A stretch of 64,000 bases of DNA from Octopus bimaculoides (taxonomy: Eukaryota). Under the pieces are notes generated by a model, which was given only the letters and a program-made list of their open reading frames with translations, did no database searches and was not told where the DNA came from. Both the position numbers and the translations under genes were made by a program. Shown here piece after piece: positions 1 to 48,550 of this stretch (position 1 is the first letter of the stretch; each line of letters begins with the position of its first letter). The DNA lies in NCBI RefSeq assembly GCF_001194135.2, contig NC_068987.1, positions 104,339,960 through 104,403,959 on the forward strand. Reading direction: 5' to 3'.

Positions 1-170
1 TGATAATGTTTATTTCACATTATTAATGATAAAAATGATTATATTTTTGTATAAACTTTATTTCAAATTATTCTTTCTGAAGCATGCATCTAAATATTTA
101 TAATCTTACTGAAAAATGCATCAAGTTCATTTGAAAAAATAATCATATAAACATTATTTTTCAGCGGAAA

Positions 171-358
171 GCCGGGCGAAACGCTTAGAGGTATTTTGTT
201 TGTTTTCATGCTCTGAGTTCAAATGCAGCCGGGGTCGACTTTGCCTTTCACCCTTTCGGGGTCGATAAATTAAATACCAGTTACGCTCTGGAGTCGATGT
301 AATCGACTCATCCTTTTCTCTGGAATTTCAGGCCTTGTACCTACAGTAGAAAGGATTG
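171..358 (+). mobile_element. SINE family A (tRNA-headed), 5'-truncated copy with TSD
   Basis: Shared body gagttcaaat...gtcgactttgcctttca...ggggtcgat...ggccttgt.ccta.agtagaaagg; 14-bp direct repeat tttttcagcggaaa at 157-170 and 359-372. Confidence 0.85.
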
Positions 359-1020
359 TTTTTCAGCGGAAAACTCATTTTTAGAGCATTTTACCTATAT
401 GTTTTATATTCTCTTGTTTTAAACAATCGAACAACTGTCTCATCAACCCATTTTATTAACATATTTACCATTCGAGACTGTTATTCTCGATGGCAAATTT
501 GAAGAAGTGTAAAATTTTCATTGATATATCATGTCCCCCATCAAAGCACCGCCCGCAGCAGATCGCCATTTACCCTCTATCGCCACTAGCCACTTTACTG
601 TTTACATACATACAATGGGCCAAAATAAACCTGACAATCACGTATCGTTTCAATTATACAACACTCATATATTCATGTTAATAGACTTTGATATGTCAGG
701 AACGAGAAGAAAATCATTTTTATTTACATTATCATTTATCATTATCCTGTTTATTAATTTTACCATAAGTAAATTAAATCAGATTAAATAAACGAAACAC
801 GTTTCCGTTGTGTGACCCAAAACTTTGTACACCAAGGAATAATAAATTAGGAAAGAAATAACTTTTTGAAACCTACTCGTATGTATTCATGAATTAGCTT
901 TCTCTCATAGACGCAAGGTTCCGAATAATAAAGAAGTAAGCTGATTAGTTGAATGATTGATTCGCTATGCAGTAGCACGAGGCAGACAATATGTACTGCA
1001 GAGGAAGAAAAAAAAAATTA

Positions 1021-1208
1021 TATTTTACTTGTTTCAGTCTGGACTGTAGTCATGCCAGGAATTTTAGTCGAATGAATCAACCTCGGTAGTTTTTTTTATT
1101 CTTTTTTTTAAGCCTGGTACTAATTCTTTCAGTTTCTTTTGCCGAACCATTAATTTACGAGAACGTAAACACACCAGCACCGGTTGTCAAGCGGTGGTGG
1201 GGGACTAA

Positions 1209-1250
<42 letters not shown>
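1021..1250 (-). mobile_element. SINE family B, 3' half, ending in internal (CA)n
   Basis: Reverse complement matches the 3' half of full copies (e.g. 39962-40357): gacaaccg.tgctggtgtgtttacgt...gactgaaacaagtaaaa. Confidence 0.75.
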
Positions 1251-1252
<2 letters not shown>

Positions 1253-1697
1253 CCAACGCACGAAACTCTCAGCCTTTGAGTTATTCTGTTGCTTCTGCTA
1301 AATATTAACGAAAATATTCATATTCTAAGTTCTATTTTTGCTGCTTGCATATATTGGCGAATTTCAGAAAGCATGGAAACTTTGGAGGATGTAGTGTCCC
1401 GACAGCTAACAGCTGATTCGAGTAGTTTATTCCAGGCTTCAGCAATTCTGATCGTGGTCGCCCAATTTCACACCACTGCCTGGCACCCTGTGTGCTTTTA
1501 GCGGAGTTCACTCTGTTGCGAGCATTTGGACTAGGCTTCCGGTTCGGCAATACCTTCCTTCCATTCGTCTCAGAGGTCCTGTAATGTGTCACAATCACAG
1601 TCGTGACTGAATGGTAAAAAGAAATATCAAATACTTTTAGGTCACTAAGTTGATGGTTGCGTTCAAATCGATCTGGAAAATGAAAAGTCTCTATCAC
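1251..1697 (-). mobile_element. CR1/L2-like LINE 3' fragment
   Basis: A minus frame reads RIAEAWNKLLESAVSCRDTTSSKVSMLSEIRQY, resembling the CR1-type ORF2 end (R..xxWNxLPxxVV...FK); the 3' UTR is shared with 25140-25255. Confidence 0.6.
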
Positions 1698-2066
1698 GTG
1701 CTTCAGTCAATGGACTATAGCCGTGCTGGGGCATCACCTTGGAAGGTTTTGATAGGACAGATCAATAATTTTTTTCGAAGTGTGGTCCTTATTCTATCAG
1801 ACACTTTTGTCGGACCGCTCAGTTATGGGCACGTAAACAAACCAACCGGTTGTCAAGCGGTAGAGGAGACAGACACAAAGGCACACACACACACATAAAC
1901 AACAGGCTTCCGCACAGTTTTCGTCTATCAAATTCACCCATAAGACATTGGTCAACCCGGGGCTCCAGTTGAAGAAACTTACCCAAGATGCTGCGCAGTG
2001 GAACCGAACCTAAAACTACGTGATTGCAAAACCAGCGTTAAACCACACAGCCATGCCCGCGCCTAT
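1698..2066 (-). mobile_element. SINE family B, near full length, diverged
   Basis: Head aggcgcgggcatggctgtgtggtttaa..., central module and 3' module all recognisable on the minus strand. Confidence 0.75.
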
Positions 2067-3069
2067 GGCCAAATTATCGACGAAATATTACCATCTTGTG
2101 AGGTTTTAAATTATAACAATAACCAGTTAGATCAAATACATTACTGGACTGTTGTCGCAAGAATTACGAGATCGAATCAGCTATAGAACCTGCCTGTGTT
2201 ACTGTACTGGGCGCTTAATTTTTTATAATGGCTATTTACCTAAAGTACATATCTATGTGCAAGACAACTTCCAGAATTTCCCCGTTTTGAGCTATACTTG
2301 CAGTATAAGAATAATCAGATTACAAGAGTTGGATTTCGTTTAGCATATGAGGATTTTCCATAAGGCAGACGCACGTGTTATTTGCATGTTTTAATATACG
2401 TTGACCAAAATCCAATACTTGTAAATTACAGTTATACAAAGGTTATTAAAGTTAAGGACGGTATTGCATCATTTACAGAGCTGTTTGAAACTGAACTACT
2501 AAGACTTTACTCGCTCAATAGTTCTTTAATGGTCATTCCAGTGACCAGTGGAATGATAACACTATGTAACACAATTTTTGTCCTTGCGTAGCAATTTCGT
2601 ATTTGCTTACCCCTAGAAAGTATGAAAAAGGACTAATATTTCCTTCAAAGTTTGGTTTTGTTACATTTATTTAAACCTCAGAGAATCCCTTTCATCACAT
2701 GGCTATGATGCTCCCCCATTACTCCTGCTCATTATCAAAGATGCACATATTGTCAGCCACTAAGGGACATGCTCAAGTGGTTAAGGTCAAGCAACTGACA
2801 AGCAAATCTGTGGTACTGAGCAGAATATTTACTATAACGATAGTTCTGCTTCAGCTACTCAGCGCTGAGTCTATGTGAAATGTAATGGAAAATAGGCCAG
2901 TTTCAAAACGTTGATGTCTTGGTCACAAAAACAAAGTTTGAAAGGAATAGAAGTCATTACTTTTGATGTCTAGATAGAAGAAAAATACGAAATAACATTT
3001 ACTGAACAAAGACAAAAAAAATTGTTATACAATGTAATATTAAACACACATATGCAACACGATCTTAGC

Positions 3070-3235
3070 CAATGGCATAGCTAGTGTGTGGCGTTCGGGG
3101 CAGCCCTTGAGTTTTCCTCCCACCACCTTCGCCATACAGCCAATATAGGCTTATGCAGCAGACCCAAAATTGCTTCCCTCATATAATCGTCACCCGAAGC
3201 CGACTGCTCTACCTCACCCTCCATCTACGCTACTG
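3070..3235. mobile_element. hAT-type MITE (~166 bp)
   Basis: Imperfect TIRs caatggcatagctag / (rc) cagtagcgtagatgg; 8-bp flanks atcttagc and gtcttggc (6/8); related to 30664-30834. Confidence 0.55.
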
Positions 3236-3459
3236 GTCTTGGCCATTAAAGTTTAGGTCGATTCGTTTCAAATAATAACAAAACACTTTTTGTTACTATC
3301 ATAGTTTGTATCATATGAGTCCAGCTGATGTAGTTCAAATACTCGTGGCAGCACCAAAACATCAGTTATTTGACAGGAACTAATTAGGAGTGGTGTATAA
3401 TTCTATCGTTCATTTGTAACGGTTGTATTAATGAATTAATAAGTATGTATAATATTGTA

Positions 3460-3996
3460 CTGTAAATTAATAAACTCCTCCTTATCCGGTACTCAAATAT
3501 CCGGTACTCAAATATCCGGTACTCAAATATCCGGTACTCAAATATCCGGTACTCAAATATCCGGTACTCAAATATCCGGTACTCAAATATCCGGTACTCA
3601 AATGACTGTCAAGCAACTGATAGCCAGAAAAAGGTGTTAATTAGGGTCACGAGAATTTACGCTAATTTGTGTTAATTAATCAATTATCCTTAAAAAAGAA
3701 AGTTTCTACTGTATCTAAAATGGATCGTTGCTGCTCAGCGTTCTGTACGATTTTAATCTACTACATTTGCCGTTCCTGTAGGTTAATAAATCTTCTTAAA
3801 TTCTATTTATTTATTTCTATTCCTCTCATTCCTGCTTTATTCAGAATATTAACGACAATACTGATGAATATATAGAGTTTTAATGAATTATGTAGAGTGC
3901 TATGGTAATTTAAAAGGTGATGGTCAGATATCCAGAAAATTCAGTTATCCGGCAATTCTTCGGTTCCAGTGGTACTGGATAGAAGGGAATGCACTG
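3460..3996. mobile_element. pogo/Tigger-like MITE with internal 15-bp tandem array
   Basis: TA-flanked; left end ...ctccttatccggtact resembles the reverse complement of the right end cagtgcattcccttctatccagtacc. Confidence 0.5.
3484..3603. repeat. Perfect minisatellite, 8 x ATCCGGTACTCAAAT (15 bp)
   Basis: Direct count of 8 identical units; gives the (SGTQI)n artefact ORF 3455-3640. Confidence 0.98.
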
Positions 3997-4798
3997 TATT
4001 TTAGAAATGTTGCAATACAGTACACAGCAGATATTTTCTTTAATTCGTAAATACTGTCTTGCATCATGGGATCACAATAATTTTACTGTTAGGATTTTGG
4101 AATTAGTGTTTAGGATGATTCCTGGTTTGGAGTTCTTTGTTTTAAGCATCAAGTTCTATTCCAAACACCGACATATACGGTAACTGGAAAAGACAGATTT
4201 TATTGTAAATATTACTTGTGATATACCAACACCATCTTCAGAAAGAGATTTGTCTCTTCTTGTGATGTTACAAAAACCGAGTAAAGACCAAGCTTTATAA
4301 AAATTATCAAATAGGTGAAATGTTTTGTTCTGGCTAAAGGCTTAAATTCATACGTGGAAAATGCATATACATTACATCATATCCCTCTGACAAGCTAACC
4401 TTGAAAAAGCTCGGTTCTCAAAAAGATAAGCAAAGTTCAGTTCATCAGCACTGACATATAAAAACTTCGCAAGTTTAGCAATTGACCTATATTGGATATA
4501 TTGGTCTAAATTTTGACTGGTGTGTTTCATAGGCAGCAACAAATGCATATGTTGTTACAAGTTATGCAACAAAATTATGCAGGTTCCCTTCACATTTGGA
4601 ATATACAAATAAGTTGTTGTCTAAATTCCATTGATTCAACACGGTCTCAACTCGAGTCTTAGAATTATTTTTCTTTGTTTCATTTGGCATAAAGAATTTT
4701 CTCTATGATGTCATGTATTATGATAACCCCAATACGTTTGTCGTGCCTGGCAAGTGATTTGGTAGACAAAAACCGAGTGGAAACCCGTCGTGTATGTT

Positions 4799-4842
<44 letters not shown>

Positions 4843-4854
4843 AGGATAAGCATA

Positions 4855-4925
4855 TTAAAAGGGGTCCGTGGGAAGACTAGTTTAGATAAAAGGCGTCGTT
4901 GGTAGTGAAAAGTTTGGGAACCACT
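4855..4925. mobile_element. hAT MITE right-end fragment
   Basis: Ends in aagtttgggaaccactg, similar to the TIR of the hAT MITE at 48551-48864; no left end found. Confidence 0.4.
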
Positions 4926-5185
4926 GTGTTACACTATTCTTTAATTATACTTTGTAATGGAAGCTGTAAACAAAAGAGTTTGGTTACGGATTTCCAACAG
5001 GTTAGTGTCTGGATTTCTCGTGGCGAGAGTGACAACAGAATGTCTATAAGTCGAGATATATATGTAAATGTATGTGTGTGTCTCTTTCCTTTCTCGAGCG
5101 TCTAATAACACTATCCGTATCACGTCCTCACTTTGTTGTTTTTTTGTTATTGTTTTTGTCTTTTTTTAAACTGTATATATATATG

Positions 5186-5249
<64 letters not shown>

Positions 5250-5368
5250 TATAGTTACATATATGCACACTTGCACGTATCTCTATATGTGGGTGTATAC
5301 ATACCTACTTAAATAAATACATACATATATTTATAATAAAGTAAGAGAACGACATTTTATATATATAT

Positions 5369-5408
<40 letters not shown>

Positions 5409-5689
5409 TATTTTATTCATAATTGCAGTGTGGAAGGTGTTTCTAAGCTATTTAAAAACACACAAAAACCGTTAGATTCACCTTAACATTCAGATTTAAT
5501 TTCCCAAAATATTTTTGTCGCTTTGAGACCGCGACCTGTTCACTGACAAAATTCTGTACTGCATCTGAGAAGGTAGAAGTTGGTTCATGATATGTATGTA
5601 TGTATGTATGTATGTGTGCATGTAAGTATGTGCGTATGCATATGTGTACATGGCTATGCATGCGTGCATGCTTATACGCATGAGTCACT

Positions 5690-6712
5690 ACGGAATTCCA
5701 GTGGATTAGCCATAGGTTTACGACAGACTACCCCCCAAAGCACCCCAGAAATAGATTACCTGTCCTAGATACTGAGCTGTGGATAGAAAATACTATGATT
5801 AACGGAACTGTTAAACCCTGTTTACTCCACTCACACTATCGTAAACCTATGGCTGCTCCACTGGTAATCCGTAGTGACTCAGTGATGTCAAGTACTACCA
5901 AAATCAACATCCTCGTGGCAGACTTAGAGTAATGAGGAACGTGTCCCCACTATGCCAACCACAAGAACGACAGCGACGCATCCAGCACTACATATTCCGA
6001 ATGCAACGTTCCGGATACACATAGTACGATAGAATTAGAGTATACAAAGGAGCGGAAACAAGATTCGAACACATTCTAAGAGATGACGAAAAAGCATATG
6101 CCCCCTACACCGCAACAAGTTCTGGAATAGGTTGGAGAAGGACACCAACAAAAGAAATAATACTAGTACTTGATATGATAACAAGAAGTTTCACAGTGTA
6201 ATGTTAGGAACGAATTGGGTAGGGCATTTAAATTGCATAAAAGACAGGTAGGACTATCAAATCTGTATTAAGTAAATCATACCCATTTGATAGAATCACG
6301 TGTCAGATTAATTGTGCAGTATGTTCTACAAACCCACCTATGAACTGCAAAAAGAAAAGCACTGTATACCAGATTAAGTGCCAAGAAGGGACTTGCGCGA
6401 TTATCCCAGAGTCATATATTGGAGAGACTTCTAGGAGCATCAATGATAGGTTCAAAGAACATCTGGATAACTACATTGAAAAAAACAAACAAACCAAACT
6501 CCATCTTCTATCAGCATGCTGTAGACTGTCACAATGGCTCCTTAGGGAGACTTAGGTTAGACATCTTATCTATACATCCCACTGATGCAATGATGAGACA
6601 AGTCACTGAAGCTGTCTGTGTGCAGGAATACAAATCCACCCTCAACCGTAAATCCGAATGGAGTAACACCCAAATTCCACTCGAATCAACTTTTCTCAAA
6701 GTTTTCCTGTAG
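5690..6712 (+). mobile_element. Penelope-like element (PLE) relic: RT C-terminus plus GIY-YIG endonuclease, frameshifted
   Basis: Frames give RFTTDYP..RNRLPVLD..W...HYRKPMA...KINILVADL/RVMRNVSP...RMQRSGY, then CQINCAVC..NCKKKSTVYQIKC...YIGETSRSINDRFKEH and FYQHAVDCH...TLNRKSEW; stops and frameshifts present. Confidence 0.88.
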
Positions 6713-7252
6713 TGGGCTAGGTGGAGGGTTTTTTCCTGCTTTTGAATATGTTATAATCATTTTTATCATATGTTTCCAGGTCTATCTTAGCTTCATGATG
6801 GTAAGCCACCCACCTTATCCTTCTAACAAACTCATTAGTCCTATGGATTTATAGCCAGATGCATATATCCTTACTATGAATGGGGATATCTGACATTTAT
6901 TAATTTGTCACCACCAACAACAATTTAACTGTCAATTCCCAATGGTTTTAAAGGGATCTAAGGGGATGTAGATTACTTGCTGCATTGGGTCTTTTGAATG
7001 TGATAAGGATAAAGATGAATCTTTCTTGACCCCCTTTATTTTCTTTCGCTGCTCTAAATTATAGTAGGCTGTAGGGACCCCCCCCCCAAATCCATTCTGC
7101 TACAATAATAGCAAAAAGAAGCAATGTAATTTTTTCAATCTCTAGTTCTGATGAAAAATTTGCCAAAAGATTATAACGGAGTATCCTGTATACTGGAAAT
7201 CTATATCGTTGTATGCTTCCGAGGAGAGCGGTTTATTTCAAATTGATGTAAT

Positions 7253-7298
7253 GTTTGCATTGATCGATTAACCGGAGTCGCTTGAAACGGCCGTAATG
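7253..7298 (+). ncRNA. Degenerate PLE-type minimal hammerhead ribozyme motif
   Basis: tgcat-tgatcgatt-aaccg gagt cgctt-GAAAC-ggcc-GTA-atgca: stem I (tgcat/atgca), stem II (4/5), palindromic stem III loop; the CUGANGA box is corrupted. Confidence 0.4.
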
Positions 7299-7331
7299 CA
7301 CTGATACCTGGATATCCTTGTTACTTATTTG

Positions 7332-7374
<43 letters not shown>

Positions 7375-8194
7375 TATTCCTTTGTTGAGCGTTTTGTAAT
7401 GAGGATTGAAATCCATTCGATAGACTGGACGCACGCACATGCACTTATACATACACACACACATACGCATTCACACACACATCACACCACACTTTTACAT
7501 ATATGAACGCAGACGTTTGAAATAAACTAGACTCCAGCTAAAGAGCCTTGCCACTGTTCTTCATAATTTTTTTTACTTACTCTTATTCTCTTGCAAATGA
7601 TCAAGCAAATTTTATGCAAATCCCTCTCTCTTTCTTTTGCACACACACACACACACACACACTCTCTCTCTCAATTGTTTCACTAAGCTCAGAACATGAA
7701 ACGAAGGATCTACTGTAGTCAACAGGATATATTATTTTACATCAAGTATGTGGACGACGCTGTTATTTTAAGTCATTCCGGAAACATTACCAGCTGGCAT
7801 ACTTAAGCAACTTTTCAGAACAAAGTGACAGTTAAATAGACAGCTCGCTCCTATTTTCTATTTATGGTAACACGCATTGAGATAATGCGTGCAGGCATAC
7901 ATACTTTCTTACTGCTGTCTGTCTTTGGACTGAAGCTATGCAGGGTCACTGCTAATCGACATCACTCGTCTGTCTGGTGCTTATTTTATCTGTCTCTATC
8001 GAAAAGTCCACAGTGGTGCAAAGGGATGTAATTCAATAACTGAATACAGCAATATAATTTTGTTTGATGCACCAATCAATACAGCAGCGGACTTTCGGAA
8101 TTGTCCCACATAAGTTGGAATTTCCCTGTTTTTGTCGAGGGTTTTCGAAATTTCTTATTACATCCCTCATTTCAGAACGTGGTTGGGTGGGATC

Positions 8195-8358
8195 TCTCTT
8201 TTACTTGTTTCAGTCATTTGACTGCGGCCATGCTGGAGCACCGCTTTTTGAAAGGAAGATTCGATCTCGGCCGAATTTGAACTCAGAACGTAAAGACGGA
8301 CGAAATGCCGTTCATCTTTTTTCCCGGCGTATTAACGATTCGGCCAGCTCGCTGCCTT
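8195..8358 (-). mobile_element. Chimeric SINE: family A 5' part joined to family B 3' tail
   Basis: Minus strand reads aaggcagcgagctggccgaatcg...gagttcaaattcggccgag (A head), then gcggtgctccagcatggccgcagtcaaatgactgaaacaa (B tail). Confidence 0.7.
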
Positions 8359-8359
8359 A

Positions 8360-8512
8360 AGGAGAGTACAGCAGGGTTCGCCACCATCCCCTGCTGGAGC
8401 CTCGTGGAACTTCAGGTGTTTTCGCTCAATAAACACTCACAACGCCCGGTCTGAGAATCGAAACCGCGATCCTACGACCGCGAATCCACTGCCCTAACCA
8501 CTGGGCCATTAC
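8360..8512 (-). mobile_element. SINE family C, 5' part
   Basis: aatggcccagtggttagggcagtggattcgcggtcgtaggatcgcggtttcgattc head with Pol III A/B-box-like motifs; same as 38816-39175 and 47154-47468. Confidence 0.85.
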
Positions 8513-8729
8513 CCACTAAATCTCTTTTCGTTCGTTCGTTTCGTCATGTTACAATATTCCACATTTTGAATCACATGCAAACCGCATTTTTAGAGACAAA
8601 ATTTCGTAAACCCATTTTCCCTTTCATCTTATTCTTCACAATTATAATGAGCAACTTGGGAAACTGTCATTTCTATTGACTCGTGTATACTGAAACTATC
8701 AGGTGAACTTTACCTATAAATCAAATGGT

Positions 8730-8880
8730 ATGGCCTTGAGACACCCTGTGACACGCTGACTCTACCAGAATATTATGCCAATTATGCACGTGTCTGTAGA
8801 TTACTAAACCCCCATCACGTTATTTCACGAAGCAGTAATTCAGTTGATCGAACAACCGTTTCTTTATCGCCGAACATTGC
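8730..8880 (+). mobile_element. SINE family C 3' module, diverged
   Basis: gtgacacgctga...cacgtgtctgt...cacgttatttcacga...gttgatcgaacaac resembles the C tail. Confidence 0.5.
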
Positions 8881-10209
8881 GATGTGTGTGTGTGTGTGTG
8901 TGAAAAACTTGATATCAAATCTGCATCTGTCATCCAACCATGGAATTTTCCCTAGATGTAAAATATTTAAGCAATGTTTTATCCAAAGAACTAGGATGGG
9001 AGCAAGATTTGGAAAGGGCACCGCTTAGTTTGTTTATTGAGTTCCAATGGTCGTGCTATCGAACCTCGTTATTGTTGTTTAGCTAGATTAGGTCGAAGAA
9101 AATATAAGGTAAACCTATAGAATTACACCTGAATAGTGTATACGAGTGATGAAAGAAGGAGAAAGATCGAAAGGCAAGAGAAATTTACCATAATAGCCGG
9201 AAACTTTAGGTAAAATAGTCGGTAAAATAGTCCGGCACTAGTGAATTCTTTGGATACGGTTCATGATTAGATATCTTATATCACCAAAGTTACCGACAGG
9301 GGAAAATGACATGGCTGACTAACAGAATTAACATCAAACGCCACATTTTAATTCCTCTTGGAATATTCTTGTTTGTTTATCTTCCTTTTTATGAATACTA
9401 CATGTGTCACAATGTCAGTTTATTTTCTTTAACTGCATAACAACTTATATAATAGTTCAATGTTTTTTATGAGGTTGTTTTTTACTATTTCTTTCATTAT
9501 TCCATATGACTTGATATGTTTGTTCACTATGGGTTTGATACGACACTCTATGTCATCAAATCACCTATGTAACTTCACAGCTAATAAATAACATAAATGT
9601 TCTGCTTTATGTATTGCTTTCTGATTCACTCGTTCGCAAAGCCAGAGACGCTGATATACATGCGAGTGTAATACATGCGAGTGTTACACTGCTTTGTGTT
9701 ATTGAAATCTATTTTAGTAATGTTATATTTGTGCTTGAGTGGAAAATAAACAAATCTTTATCATTATTTGTTAAATGTTATCCAAATATCAAAAAAAGTT
9801 ACTGCTTCAATTGTGTTTTCATAATGGGGTGTAAATGATAAACGTACACTATCTTATCTAATACATTTTATTTGTCATGCAATGACTGCGGTTTCAGAGA
9901 CGTTCAGTGCCCTTCTTTCAATTCACTTCTCCTTATTATCTTCGGTTCATTTCTTGTTTTGAAACATCTTCCTACTTATTGGTTGTAAATTGAAGAAAGT
10001 AGGACAAAGTGATTTATTAATCAGATTTATTCACTAACCAAGTTTATCTTTTCCCCCTTTGTTAGTTTCCCCATATCTGTTAGAAGGAGGTTAGTTCCTC
10101 TTATATATGGGGACCGTCTGAATTAGTCAGCTAAAATCATTCTATATTCATGTTACTATGAAATAGATCCGAGATTATTACTATAACTATATTGTTTTCT
10201 TTCTTTCAG

Positions 10210-46299
<36,090 letters not shown>

Positions 46300-46312
46300 A
46301 TTTAGAATGAGC

Positions 46313-46318
46313 AATAAA
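46313..46318 (+). terminator. Candidate polyadenylation signal AATAAA of TDO
   Basis: Canonical hexamer 13 nt after the stop codon; ATTAAA variants occur further downstream in an AT-rich tract. Usage is unverified. Confidence 0.35.
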
Positions 46319-47153
46319 ACCTGTTATGAAATGATTATGGAGAAAAATACATTTACACAAATAGCTGACAGGCTGCTATCTATAATATTTCGATAAATTT
46401 TCTTATTTTTCTCCATTAAAATTGATTAAAGTGTTTGATTCAAATTTTTTCCCACTGAACTTCTTTCGCATTTATAGATTATTTATTATTTTATAGAGTT
46501 CTATAATCATTGTTCCATAGTATCTTATAGTGCTCCTGTACTATAATAATATGGATGTCTTTCTATGATTTTTACTATAATTTTAGTATCATATTTTCTT
46601 AGAGATTATATATCACAGATAATTCATAAAAATGAACAAGTTCAAGCACTATTATTTAAACTATGAAAGTATTGCAGGTTTGATTATCATCTTTTAATTG
46701 GAATATCGGAATTGATTTTAATTACTATTGAACCAAAAATTTTCGTTAGAAATATACCAAATTAAACTTGTCACTCCCAAAATTTACCTGATATAGTTTG
46801 TGTATAATTTATTTTTGAGTAACCTAAATAATTTAAATTTAAATTAAATACCACCATGAGAGATGAAATGTGCAAGCCACAGTTGAAAATGGAAGCTGCT
46901 GGATTTGGCTAAAAAATGATTCTGGGAAGTGGTTAGAATAACATTGTAACAAGATTGTTAAATAGTTGATTTTCATATCAGAAGCGGAACCCCGTTTCAG
47001 AGTGGGGGTCAGTACACTATAAAGGGCTCAAGAGAAAAGGCTACAAAATAGCAAGTATCCTTTTAATGATCCTGTCAAACAGCTAGTGTGTGGAAGTATC
47101 TGGTCTGTAAATCTACCTTAAGTTACATTTCTGACAGAATAGAAGGAATAAAT

Positions 47154-47468
47154 TGTTGTTGGCACTCCGTCGCTTACGACGTCGAGGGTTCCACAGACAC
47201 ATGTACCTTTAACGTAGTTCTCGGGGATATTTAGCGTGATACAGTGTGACAAGGCTGACCCTTTGAATTATAAGCACAACAGAAACAGGAAGAAAGAGTG
47301 AGAGAAAGTTGTGGTGGAAGAGTACAGCAGGGTTCGCCACCATCCCCTGCCGGAGCCTCGTGGAGCTTTAGGCTCAATAAACACTCACAACGCCCGGTCT
47401 GGGAATCGAAACCGCGATCCTATGACCACGAGTCCGCTGCCCTAACCACTGGGCCATTGCGCCTCCAC
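47154..47468 (-). mobile_element. SINE family C with internal deletion and TSD
   Basis: 13-bp TSD agaaggaataaat at 47141-47153 and 47469-47481; lacks about 60 nt present in 38816-39175. Confidence 0.92.
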
Positions 47469-47621
47469 AGAAGGAATAAATATTCCATCAGGAAAAGATA
47501 AACCCAGAAATGTTTACTATTGCTTTGCATTATTAGATCTTTTCTGCATCAACAAAATCAGCTTGAGTATGGATTTAACATGTCTTCTGTCTTTCAAAGC
47601 TCAACCAATTTTCTGATCTGT

Positions 47622-48432
47622 TGTTGTATTCCTCTCGGGGGACTCGCAGAGAAAAGACAACGAGTTGTACAACTTAGTTATTACATTGAAACGCTCTCTC
47701 ACAATGAAAAGTTTTGGGTCGAACTGTTCCTTCATGAAGTCAACGATTTCGTCCATTGTCAAGTTGTTGATATCTTTAGGCGGATTTTGTTGAGTAGCCA
47801 GATTAGCAAGTTGATTGTAAATAGTAGCGGTCTGATTGGTCAGGAACACTTGTGCCATGCGTTGTTCAGGTACAGCATTAGCAGCCACAAACGCGCGGAA
47901 TCTTGACCAGTAATCAAGCCATAGTTCTGTCGTTGAATCAAATGCAGCAAATGGTGGAATCAACACTGTTGCTGAAGCAGCTGAAAAATAGCCACTGGAA
48001 TCGCCTTCAACTTGTCGAACACCAAACAGTTTTAACAGAGTGTCCATATCTCTCTTATGTTGTTGCATTTGCTGTTCCATTTGTTCCCTAAACAATTTTA
48101 TCAGCTCTACTGTCTGTTTTTCAGCCATTGCTATTAAGATGAACAATTTTACGGCAAAGTATGCATGTAATCCTACCGGCGACGCCAATAAACTCTGTTG
48201 TATTCCTCTCGGGGGACTTGCAGAGAAAAGACAACGAGTTGTACAACTTAGTTATTACATTTATTTACTAATTACAAACAAAGAACGCACTCACCGAATG
48301 TTCGTTATTAAGAAACAAGAATCATGTCCTCGCCATATATATCAATAATATTTTACTTCGACAGTCATTCAAAACAACAATGAAACAAGGACCTCAGACG
48401 AACAACAAACAAATCCAACAGTCCATATAACA
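47622..48432 (-). mobile_element. Internally deleted Gypsy (Mag-like) LTR element: full 5' LTR (48196-48432), PBS (48169-48187), gag N-terminus, last 66 bp of 3' LTR (47622-47687)
   Basis: LTR TG...CA; 66-bp LTR copies differ at 1 position; PBS TGGCGTCGCCGGTAGGATT resembles the complement of a tRNA-Ser 3' end; gag reads FDSTTELWLDYWSRF..FVAANAV...VFLTNQ...QFDPKLFIVRERF; 5-bp TSD tctgt/tctgc. Confidence 0.9.
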
Positions 48433-48444
48433 TCTGCCTTATCA

Positions 48445-48550
48445 GTAATGTAGCTGTGTGGTTAAGTAGTTCGCTTCTCAACCACATGGTTCGCGGTTCA
48501 GTCTCATTGCATAGTACTGTGGATAAGTATCTTTAGCTATAGTCCTAGAT
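48445..48550 (+). mobile_element. SINE family B head, interrupted by a hAT MITE
   Basis: gtagctgtgtggttaagtagttcgcttctcaaccacatggttcgcggttcagtc; degenerate continuation after 48872. Confidence 0.7.

Noticed and set aside
911-935. 25-nt ag/gtaag-bounded micro-exon candidate
   Set aside because: No TDO similarity in any frame and no other support.
3484-3603. Regular direct repeats (CRISPR-like or repeat-protein ORF)
   Set aside because: No spacers, eukaryotic context; the ORF is just the translated minisatellite.
6290-6420. Possible selenocysteine recoding (TGA at Cys positions) as in some Naiad PLEs
   Set aside because: All Cys codons in the linker and GIY-YIG region are TGT/TGC; stops elsewhere look like ordinary decay.
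9137-9210. AG/GT-bounded stretch reading YTSDERRRKIERQEKFTIIAGNFR, a candidate for the preceding TDO exon (DER motif)
   Set aside because: Ends in phase 2 whereas phase 0 is required, and similarity is limited to DER. The upstream exons are probably outside the window.
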